From Schaalia odontolytica (GTDB lineage: Bacteria; Actinomycetota; Actinomycetes; Actinomycetales; Actinomycetaceae): 32,000 bases of DNA. Both the position numbers and the translations under genes were made by a program. The stretch covers positions 450,001-482,000 of the forward strand of contig NZ_CP040006.1 in assembly GCF_005696695.1 (NCBI RefSeq). Reading direction: 5' to 3'. The notes beneath the pieces were generated by a model. That model did no database searches. It was not told where the DNA came from and saw only the letters and a program-made list of their open reading frames with translations. Positions 1 through 6,651 of the stretch are shown here, piece after piece (within the stretch, counting starts at the first letter, position 1; each line of letters starts with the position of its first letter).

Positions 1-484
1 GCATCTCCTGGACCTTCGGGTCGTTGTAGTTGGGGGAGAAGGAGATCTTGTTGTTGTCGTAGAAGTCGTAGGTGCGGCTCGTGTCCGTGCCTGCGTCGAT
101 CAGGTATTGGGGCATCCCGGTCTTTTTGCCGGGGGTGTCCAGGGTGAAACGAATGACGGCCTGGTGACCGCGAGAGGCGATCGCGTCCAGGAGGGCGTCG
201 ACCTTCGTGAAGTCGTAGGTGTCGCGTCCGGTGACGACGTCGTTCACGGGGAAGGGGGCCCACTCGAGCGTGTAGGGCAGAGCGTTTGCGACCGTGCCGG
301 GTGCGCCTCCGTCCTTGGGTGCCCACGGCATGAAGCCCTTCATCGGGTTCGTGACCGGGGCTGGCGCTTCCTTGAGCGTCGTCCACTGGGCGGTGGCGGC
401 CGACGAGGCCGTGGCCGGGAGCGTTGCGCCCGCCAATCCTATGGTCGCCGCGAGAGCGATGGCGATGCGAGAAAATGTTCTCAT
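1..484 (-). CDS. Secreted glycoside-hydrolase-like protein, N-terminal part only (gene continues past left edge); paralog of 7906..9588
   Basis: Absent from the ORF track because it is open at the window edge. Reverse-strand ATG at 484..482 is preceded by GAAAGGA. My translation is MRTFSRIAIALAATIGLAGATLPATASSAATAQWTTLKEAPAPVTNPMKGFMPWAPKDGG...VVTGRDTYDFTKVDALLDAIASRG...QYLIDAGTDTSRTY. It is co-linear with the N-terminus of the 7906..9588 product, roughly two-thirds identical by eye. A 29-nt block is identical (198..226 vs 9302..9330). The N-terminus is signal-peptide-like. Confidence 0.85.
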   Translation of the reverse strand, partial: MRTFSRIAIALAATIGLAGATLPATASSAATAQWTTLKEAPAPVTNPMKGFMPWAPKDGGAPGTVANALPYTLEWAPFPVNDVVTGRDTYDFTKVDALLDAIASRGHQAVIRFTLDTPGKKTGMPQYLIDAGTDTSRTYDFYDNNKISFSPNYNDPKVQEM

Positions 485-706
485 CGCGAGGTCCTTTCAG
501 TCATGAGTGCTGCGGCTGGGGACGTGATGCGGCGTGGGCGCGTCGCGTGGGACCTGAGTGCGTAGCGTCGTCGTTGCGCGCAGGCGAGGCCTCCACGGCT
601 GTCAAGTGAACCATATTGTGCATAGTGCCCGCAACATTGCGGAAAACTCTGCCAGTAAGTGGTTGCCTGACAAACCTATTATGGGGCGTGTCGATTGAGT
701 ATGCGC

Positions 707-739
707 GAGGCCGGGCTCCCTGGGTGGGGTCCCGGCCTC
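707..739 (-). terminator. Stem-loop downstream of the lipoprotein gene (candidate intrinsic terminator, no U-tract)
   Basis: GAGGCCGGG (707..715) pairs with CCCGGCCTC (731..739) as a 9-bp GC-rich stem with a 15-nt loop. It lies about 30 nt past the TAA stop of the minus-strand gene ending at 767. Confidence 0.45.
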
Positions 740-766
740 GTCAATGGAGAGTGTGTGCTGGCTCTT

Positions 767-1507
767 TTAGTACGGTCCGCTGTCGACGACCGCCCACGTG
801 CCATCGTCCTGCAGTCGCAGGAAGACGACCTCGCGCCCCTTCACGGGCTCCAACGAGTCGTCGGAGTAGTTGCGCAAGTAGTAGACATTTCCGTACCAGC
901 GCGTCGGGTCAGTGTTCGGCTGCTGCCCATGGTTGTTGCTGCCCGTGATAGTGACGGTCGTGTGGGCGCGGTTAGCCAGGAGCGGCAGGAATTCGCCCTG
1001 ACCGTGCTCCAGGTCGGGCGTCTTCGTGTGGCTGCTCGCTCGTTCCGGTACTTCGTACACGCTCGCGCGGATGAATGCATAGGCGTTGGATTTATCGCGC
1101 GATGCATCCCACGTGTTACGCGTGATGGTGTAGGCGATGGCGACCTGTTCGGGATCGGTGCGGTCCACCTCGCGCGGGTCGGGGAGGAGATCGGGGAGCC
1201 ACTGGACCGATGTGGGATATAGGCACGTACCGAGCGGCGTGGGGGAACCGTCTTCGCAGGCCGGGGTGGTCGGCGTCGCCTCCGTCGGCGTCGGCGCGGC
1301 TGTGGAGTCGCCGGATTCCTGGGTCTGTGTCTGGTCCGAGGAGGATTGTGGGGAGGATTGTGTGGACTGTGCCTGGCTATCTGCGCTGGGCTGGCGCGAG
1401 CCGCAGGCTGTACCCGTGATTGTGAGGGTGAGGACCGCTGCTGAAGCGATGCCGATGAGGGTGCGTCGTGGATACCTGCGGGTATGAGTCTGTTCTTTCG
1501 AGCCCAT
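767..1507 (-). CDS. Hypothetical secreted lipoprotein with Ser/Thr/Gln/Pro-rich linker and unknown C-terminal domain
   Basis: 246-aa ORF. RBS GAAGGGGAG lies 6 nt upstream of the ATG. The N-terminus RRTLIGIASAAVLTLTITGTAC is a basic n-region, hydrophobic core and loose lipobox Cys. A low-complexity linker (SQAQSTQSSPQSSSDQTQTQ...TPTEATPTTP) follows, then a globular domain of about 150 aa that I do not recognise. Confidence 0.75.
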   Translation of the reverse strand: MGSKEQTHTRRYPRRTLIGIASAAVLTLTITGTACGSRQPSADSQAQSTQSSPQSSSDQTQTQESGDSTAAPTPTEATPTTPACEDGSPTPLGTCLYPTSVQWLPDLLPDPREVDRTDPEQVAIAYTITRNTWDASRDKSNAYAFIRASVYEVPERASSHTKTPDLEHGQGEFLPLLANRAHTTVTITGSNNHGQQPNTDPTRWYGNVYYLRNYSDDSLEPVKGREVVFLRLQDDGTWAVVDSGPY

Positions 1508-1635
1508 GCGTGCTCCCCTTCAGTGTGTATGTGTCGAGGTTCGTCGCGCGTGTCCTGTGTTGGATGTGTGAGTACTCTCCACTGTTGCTGGTCGTCGCGG
1601 CGCTGGCCATCGTACCGGCTCGTATGTGCTCGCCG

Positions 1636-1669
1636 CGCGCCGGAGTGGTGGTCGCGCCGGAGTGGTGGT
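1636..1669. repeat. Perfect 17-bp tandem duplication (CGCGCCGGAGTGGTGGT x2) in a divergent intergenic region
   Basis: 1636..1652 and 1653..1669 are identical by direct reading. The repeat is embedded in a strand-asymmetric G+T-rich tract (about 1510..1700) between divergent genes starting at 1507 (-) and 1792 (+). Confidence 0.9.
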
Positions 1670-1721
1670 GCTGTGTTCTGCCTGGCATGAGGGGGTTTGT
1701 CGAGACTATTTGTTAAGGGTC

Positions 1722-1751
1722 TTGCATAAGTGGGGTGATTGAGCGCATAAT
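1722..1751 (+). promoter_or_regulatory. Candidate sigma-70-type promoter of the catabolic operon
   Basis: TTGCAT (1722..1727), 18-nt spacer, CATAAT (1746..1751), about 40 nt upstream of the ATG at 1792. It lies in a local low-GC island. Sequence pattern only. Confidence 0.35.
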
Positions 1752-1791
1752 GGTTGCGTCAAGGAAGACCTCCCGCCCAAAAGGAGAACCC

Positions 1792-2967
1792 ATGAACGCG
1801 CCATTACGCGTCGGTGTTGTCGGACTTGGGGCCCGATCATCAATCGCACACCACCTCGCGTCGGTCACCCACCCCGCAGTCCTCGTCGGAGGCTGCGACC
1901 CCAACCCAGCCATGCGGGAGCGCGCCACGCGCACCCTCGGGGAGGGGCAGTGGGTGGCCACGCTCGAGGAACTCATCGGCCTATCGATCGACGCTGCCAT
2001 CGTCACCAGCCCCGACGACACCCACGAGGACATCACCTGCTCGCTGCTCGAGGCCGGGGTCGCGGTCTTCCTCGAAAAGCCGATCGCCATCACGATCGAA
2101 GGAGCAGACCGGGTCCTCGAGACCGCGTATCGCACGCGCACGCCCCTGTACGTCGGCCACAACATGCGCCACATGGACGTGGTGCGCACGCTGCGCCGCG
2201 TCATCCAGGAAGGCCGCATCGGCGAGGTGAAAGCGATCTGGTGCCGCCACTTCGTCGGCAACGGGGGCGACTACTACTTCAAAGACTGGCACGCGGACCG
2301 CAGCCGCACGACGGGCCTCCTCCTGCAAAAGGCAGCGCACGACATCGACGTCATGAACTGGCTGTCCGACTCGGTGCCCGCCCGCGTCGTCGCTATGGGA
2401 GACCTGATGGTCTACGGGAAGCTGACAGACCGCAGCGGCCAGAGCGACGGAGCGGTCATGGAGGACTGGTTCTCCTTCGACAACTGGCCGCCCGAAACGC
2501 AAACGGGATTGAACCCCGTCATCGACGTCGAAGACCTCTCGATGCTGCTCGCGCGCCAGGAAAACGGCGTCATGATCTCGTACGAACAGTGTCACTTCAC
2601 CCCCGATTACTGGCGTAACTACACCGTCATCGGCACGCGCGGTCGAGCCGAAAACTTTGGCGACGGCGAAGGCGGGTGCGTTCGTGTGTGGGCCCACCGC
2701 AGCGGCTACGAGCCCGTCCCCGACCTTGAGATCCCCCTGCGCGGAGACGCGGGCGGCCATGGAGACGCCGACGTCAACACCATGGACGAATTCATCCGTT
2801 TCGTCGTCGATGGAGACGTCACGGATACGACCCCCCTCGGGGCGCGCGAGGCGGTTGCCGCCGGAGTGGCCGCCACGGCCTCGCTCAGGGGCGGAAACGC
2901 CCCCGTCGACGTGCCCCGCGTGCGCCCCGAGATCGCCGAGTACTTCAACCGAAACCAGCTGCGATAG
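1792..2967 (+). CDS. Gfo/Idh/MocA-family NAD(P)-dependent oxidoreductase
   Basis: The track ORF is 1735..2967. I prefer the ATG at 1792, which has AAAGGAG 5 nt upstream. It has an N-terminal Rossmann motif VGVVGLGARSS, the family EKP motif (VFLEKPIAIT), and a GHNMRH ... DWHADR region typical of the family. Confidence 0.85.
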   Translation: MNAPLRVGVVGLGARSSIAHHLASVTHPAVLVGGCDPNPAMRERATRTLGEGQWVATLEELIGLSIDAAIVTSPDDTHEDITCSLLEAGVAVFLEKPIAITIEGADRVLETAYRTRTPLYVGHNMRHMDVVRTLRRVIQEGRIGEVKAIWCRHFVGNGGDYYFKDWHADRSRTTGLLLQKAAHDIDVMNWLSDSVPARVVAMGDLMVYGKLTDRSGQSDGAVMEDWFSFDNWPPETQTGLNPVIDVEDLSMLLARQENGVMISYEQCHFTPDYWRNYTVIGTRGRAENFGDGEGGCVRVWAHRSGYEPVPDLEIPLRGDAGGHGDADVNTMDEFIRFVVDGDVTDTTPLGAREAVAAGVAATASLRGGNAPVDVPRVRPEIAEYFNRNQLR

Positions 2968-3009
2968 CACCCTCATTCCTCATTCATTCCAGACACCAGG
3001 AGAACAACA

Positions 3010-3882
3010 ATGTCGTGTACTCACGATGAAATCGTCAGCCAGCCCGACCTGTGGCGCCGCGTCGCCGAGCTTTCCACGGACCCGCTGCCCGCCGACGGCG
3101 AGCACATCGCCGTCGTTGGATGCGGCACCTCGTGGTTCATCGCGCAGGCCTACACCGTGTACCGCGAGCGGGCGGGCAAGGGCGCGGGAGACGCCTACAC
3201 CGCTACCGAATTCCCGTGGGGACGCACGTTCGATCGGGTCATCTGCCTGTCGCGCTCCGGCACGACGACGGAGATCATCCAGGTCATGAAGCGCCTGCAC
3301 GAGGAGGGCCATCCCGCGCTCCTCATCACCGCCGTGGCGGGTGGCCCCGCCGCCGAGTACGCCAGCGAGGAGGTCGTCCTCGACTTCGCCGACGAGACCT
3401 CCGTCGTCCAGACCCGATTCGCGACGAGCGCCCTACAGTACTTCCTCGGCTCCCTCGGACACGATGTCGAGGCCTCGGCCGCCGATGCCGAGCGCGCGCT
3501 GGCGACGGAGATTCCCTCGCGCTGGGTCGACGCGGACCAGATTTCCTTCCTCGGCACGGGATGGACGATCGGACTGGCCGCCGAAGCCGGCCTCAAGCTG
3601 CGCGAAGCCTCGCAGTCCTGGACCGAGGTCTACCCCGCGATGGAGTACCGCCACGGCCCCATCTCGATCGCCCAGCCCGGACGCCTCACCTGGGTCTTCG
3701 GCCCGGTCCCGGACGGCCTCGCCGAGCAGGTCCACGAGACGGGCGCGGAGCTCGTCACCTTCGATGGGTGCCCGATCGCTCACCTGGTCCTCGCCCAGCG
3801 CTTGGCGGTTGAGCGCGCACTCGCGCGTGGCCTCAACCCCGACACGCCCCGCAACCTCACGCGATCCGTCATCCTGCCGTGA
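3010..3882 (+). CDS. Double-SIS-domain sugar-phosphate isomerase/deaminase-like protein (AgaS / GlmS-isomerase-domain-like)
   Basis: 290 aa with AGGAG 7 nt upstream. The first SIS motif is VVGCGTSWFIAQAY. The second half, FLGTGWTIGLAAEAGLKLREAS...EYRHGP, resembles the GlmS/AgaS C-terminal SIS signature. It sits next to PfkB kinase and class II aldolase genes. Confidence 0.8.
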   Translation: MSCTHDEIVSQPDLWRRVAELSTDPLPADGEHIAVVGCGTSWFIAQAYTVYRERAGKGAGDAYTATEFPWGRTFDRVICLSRSGTTTEIIQVMKRLHEEGHPALLITAVAGGPAAEYASEEVVLDFADETSVVQTRFATSALQYFLGSLGHDVEASAADAERALATEIPSRWVDADQISFLGTGWTIGLAAEAGLKLREASQSWTEVYPAMEYRHGPISIAQPGRLTWVFGPVPDGLAEQVHETGAELVTFDGCPIAHLVLAQRLAVERALARGLNPDTPRNLTRSVILP

Positions 3883-4772
3883 ACGCACTGGGAGTCGGAG
3901 TCGACGTCGGCGGAACCACCATCAAGGCGGTTCTCGCCGGTGATGACGGGGTTGTGCGCGAGCGCGTCGATCCGCTTCCAACCCCGCACACCGGGGCCGA
4001 GGACGTCGCCCGGGTGGTTGCGTCCATGGCGAAGCCCCTCCTGGCCCTCGCCGGCCCGGGGGCTGCCCTGGGAGTGTGCGTGCCGGGGATCGTCGACGAG
4101 GAACGAGGCATGGGCGTCTTCTCCGCCAACCTCGGCTGGCGGCGCGCGCCCCTGCGCGACCTCATCGCGGACCTGTGCGGGTGTCCCGTCGCCTTTGGGC
4201 ACGACGTGCGCTCGGGGGCCCTCGCCGAGGCCCGCTGGGGCGTGGGCGTCCCCGACTGCCTCTACGTGGCCGTGGGGACGGGGATCGCCTCGGGCCTGGT
4301 CCTCGGCGGCCACCTGTCCCCGTCGCGCCCGTGGACCGGCGAGATCGGCCAGGTCGGCGTCGCGCACCCCGCCACCGGAGTGATCGTTCCCCTCGAGTCG
4401 GTGTCCTCGGCCTCGGCGATCGCCAGACGGGCCGCGGACGCCGGGATTGTCACCGAGGGGTCGGGAGCACGCGACGTCGAAGACGCGGCCGCCATGGGTA
4501 ACCCGGACGCGGTGCGGATCCTCGACGAGGCGATGGGCGCCCTCGGGCACGTCCTCTCCGTCGTCGCCCACCAGGTCGGCTCCATCCCCATCGTGCTGGG
4601 TGGCGGGCTCTCGCGCGGCGGCGAGCTCATCTACGGGCCGCTGCGCCGGGCGCTCGCACTCGGCTCGATCGTCGCGCCCCCGCCCGCGCTGCTGCGCGCT
4701 CGCCTCGGGTCCGACTCCCAGGCCCTCGGAGCGGTCGCACTCTCGCTCGAGCTCGAGGAGGTGTACGCATGA
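3879..4772 (+). CDS. ROK-family sugar kinase (atypical: lacks Zn-binding Cys motif)
   Basis: The GTG start overlaps the upstream stop (GTGA). It has the N-terminal ATP-binding motif GVDVGGTTIKAVL, a catalytic-region motif GHDVRSGALAE, and VAVGTGIASGLVLGG. The canonical GH...CxCGxxGCxE is replaced by GEIGQVGVAHPATGVIVPLES. Confidence 0.8.
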   Translation: MNALGVGVDVGGTTIKAVLAGDDGVVRERVDPLPTPHTGAEDVARVVASMAKPLLALAGPGAALGVCVPGIVDEERGMGVFSANLGWRRAPLRDLIADLCGCPVAFGHDVRSGALAEARWGVGVPDCLYVAVGTGIASGLVLGGHLSPSRPWTGEIGQVGVAHPATGVIVPLESVSSASAIARRAADAGIVTEGSGARDVEDAAAMGNPDAVRILDEAMGALGHVLSVVAHQVGSIPIVLGGGLSRGGELIYGPLRRALALGSIVAPPPALLRARLGSDSQALGAVALSLELEEVYA

Positions 4773-5710
4773 TCTACACCGTGACGCCCAACCCCGCGCT
4801 GGACATCACCTGGGGCGTGCCCGGGTGGGAACGAGGATCCACGACACGCGTGACCGACATACAGGAGAGCCCCGGTGGGAAAGGCCTCAACGTCGCCCGA
4901 GTGGCGGACCAGTTGGGTGCCTCGGCGTGCGCCACGGGTCCCCTCGGTGGTGCGACCGGAGAACGGGTCCGCGACCTCTTCGCGAGCCTCGCGCCTCGGG
5001 TGCAGACCCGCTGGATAGACTCCCCGGCCTCCACACGCAGGTCCGTGGCCCTCGTGGACGGAGAGGTATCGATCTTCAACGAGGCCGGGCAGGCCCCTCC
5101 CCGTGACGTGTGGTCTCGCGGCGCCGAGTTCCTTGCCTCCGTGCTCACTCCGGGTGACGTCTGCGCGATCTGCGGGTCGCTCCCGGGAGATGCGCGCGCC
5201 GGCGATATTGCACCCATTTTCGAGGCCGCGAAGGCCTCGGGCGCCCGGATCATCCTGGACACCTCCGGGACCGCCCTCGTTGACGCCGCCTCGTACGCGG
5301 ATGTCCTCAAGCCCAACGAGCACGAGCTACGAGCCGCCACCGGGTGCTCACGCCTCGACGAAGGAGCGCGCATGCTCCTCGATCGTGGGGCCGCTTGGGT
5401 GTTCGTCTCCCGAGGCGCCGACGGCATGGACCTGTATTCGAGCGAGGGCTCCTGGCACGCCTCGAGCGACCCGACCATCACCGGAAACCCGACGGGGGCC
5501 GGAGACGCCGGGGTAGCCGCGATCGCCACGCACCTCGACGGGCACGGATCGCTCAGCGAGATCAACGGCGTCATGGCGCTCGCCGACGCGGTCGCGACCT
5601 CGACGGCAGCAGTCGTGCGCCCAACGGCAGGAGAGATCGACATGAGCGTGCGCGCCAGCGTCCTTTCAGCCGCGTCGCCCGTCCGCCTCGCGTCTCGGCC
5701 CACCCACTAA
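4769..5710 (+). CDS. PfkB-family hexose-phosphate kinase (1-phosphofructokinase / tagatose-6-phosphate kinase type)
   Basis: ATGA overlap with the upstream gene. The N-terminus MIYTVTPNPALDIT...GGKGLNVARV is typical of the FruK/LacC/PfkB subfamily. The C-terminal GNPTGAGDAG motif carries the catalytic Asp. Confidence 0.85.
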   Translation: MIYTVTPNPALDITWGVPGWERGSTTRVTDIQESPGGKGLNVARVADQLGASACATGPLGGATGERVRDLFASLAPRVQTRWIDSPASTRRSVALVDGEVSIFNEAGQAPPRDVWSRGAEFLASVLTPGDVCAICGSLPGDARAGDIAPIFEAAKASGARIILDTSGTALVDAASYADVLKPNEHELRAATGCSRLDEGARMLLDRGAAWVFVSRGADGMDLYSSEGSWHASSDPTITGNPTGAGDAGVAAIATHLDGHGSLSEINGVMALADAVATSTAAVVRPTAGEIDMSVRASVLSAASPVRLASRPTH

Positions 5711-5746
5711 CCTCCACCATTTTCAGACCAACGAAAGGAGCGAACA

Positions 5747-6595
5747 ATGCTCGCAGATACCGCAGAACTCGCCCGCGACGCAGCGCAGCGAGGGCAGGGT
5801 CTGGCCGCCTTCAACGTCGTTCTGCTGGACCACGCCGAGGCATTCATCGACGCGGCACAGGAGGCGCAGCTGCCCCTGGTCCTCCAGCTCTCGCAAAACG
5901 CTGTCGCGTACCACGGAGGCCGCCTCGCGCCCATCGGCCGCGCGCTCATCGAGCTCGCCTCCGAAGCCACCGTCCCCGTCTCCGTCCACCTGGACCACGC
6001 CGAATCGACCGACCTGTGCCGCGCCGCCGTCGACCTGGGATTCACGTCGATCATGTACGACGGCTCCGTCCTGCCCGACGACGTCAACCGCGCCACGACC
6101 GCGAAGATGGTCGAGATGGCCCACGCCTCGGGGGTGAGCGTTGAGGCCGAACTCGGGGAGGTGGGCGGAAAGAACGGCGTCCACGACCCCAAGGCGCGCA
6201 CGAAGCCCGAGGATGCCGCCCAATTCGTCGCCGACACGGGCGTCGACCTGCTCGCCGTCGCGGTCGGATCCTCCCACGCCATGGCCACGCGCGACGCGGT
6301 CCTGGACACCGGCCTCATTGCCGCCATCAAGAGCGCCGTCCCCGTTCCCCTCGTCCTGCACGGCTCCTCCGGGGTGCCCGACGAGGGCATGGTCGCCGCG
6401 ATCAACGCGGGAATGACGAAGATCAACGTCTCCACGCACCTCAACGTCGTGTTCACCAGCCGCATCCGCGACATCCTGCTGCACGATCCGGGCCTGGTTG
6501 ACCCGCGCAAGTACGTCGGTCCCGCAACGGGAATCGTCCGCGATGAAGTGCGCCGCCTCATGGAGCTGTACGCCGGATGGTGCGCAGTCGCCTAA
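5747..6595 (+). CDS. Class II (metal-dependent) ketose-bisphosphate aldolase, tagatose/fructose-1,6-bisphosphate aldolase family
   Basis: 282 aa with AAAGGAG 6 nt upstream. Motifs: AFNV, VSVHLDHAES (metal ligand region), IMYDGS, VEAELGEVGG, AVAVGSSHAM, LVLHGSSGVP. These fit the GatY/KbaY/FbaA class II pattern. Confidence 0.85.
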   Translation: MLADTAELARDAAQRGQGLAAFNVVLLDHAEAFIDAAQEAQLPLVLQLSQNAVAYHGGRLAPIGRALIELASEATVPVSVHLDHAESTDLCRAAVDLGFTSIMYDGSVLPDDVNRATTAKMVEMAHASGVSVEAELGEVGGKNGVHDPKARTKPEDAAQFVADTGVDLLAVAVGSSHAMATRDAVLDTGLIAAIKSAVPVPLVLHGSSGVPDEGMVAAINAGMTKINVSTHLNVVFTSRIRDILLHDPGLVDPRKYVGPATGIVRDEVRRLMELYAGWCAVA

Positions 6596-6604
6596 AGGAC
6601 ACAC

Positions 6605-6642
6605 AAGGGGGGCGGGTGACCATCAGGCCACCCGCCCCCCTT
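6605..6642. terminator. Bidirectional stem-loop between convergent genes
   Basis: AAGGGGGGCGGGTG (6605..6618) pairs perfectly with CACCCGCCCCCCTT (6629..6642) as a 14-bp stem with a 10-nt loop, followed by TTTG. It lies between the aldolase stop (6595) and the regulator stop (6652). Confidence 0.8.
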
Positions 6643-6651
6643 TGTGCTCTG

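Noticed and set aside
1468-1716. Cys-rich small ORFs (82 aa and 68 aa) in the 1508..1791 divergent spacer
   Set aside because: The Cys richness is a by-product of the TG-rich tract. They begin inside or antisense to the lipoprotein gene. The 17-bp tandem repeat is read in two different frames. No RBS.
1735-1791. Longer N-terminal extensions offered by the ORF track (also 9589..9624, 9733..9741, 13050..13136, 14856..14939, 23732..23827, 25068..25148, 28937..29077)
   Set aside because: In each case an internal start has a proper Shine-Dalgarno sequence or a stop/start overlap with the upstream gene. The extension is either Arg/Pro-rich non-homologous sequence or overlaps the preceding gene.
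2971-2989. Short tandem CTCATTC CTCATTC ATTCC between the oxidoreductase and SIS genes
   Set aside because: Only two 7-nt units in a 42-nt intergenic gap. This is compatible with chance or slippage, and no symmetric partner or conserved motif is evident.
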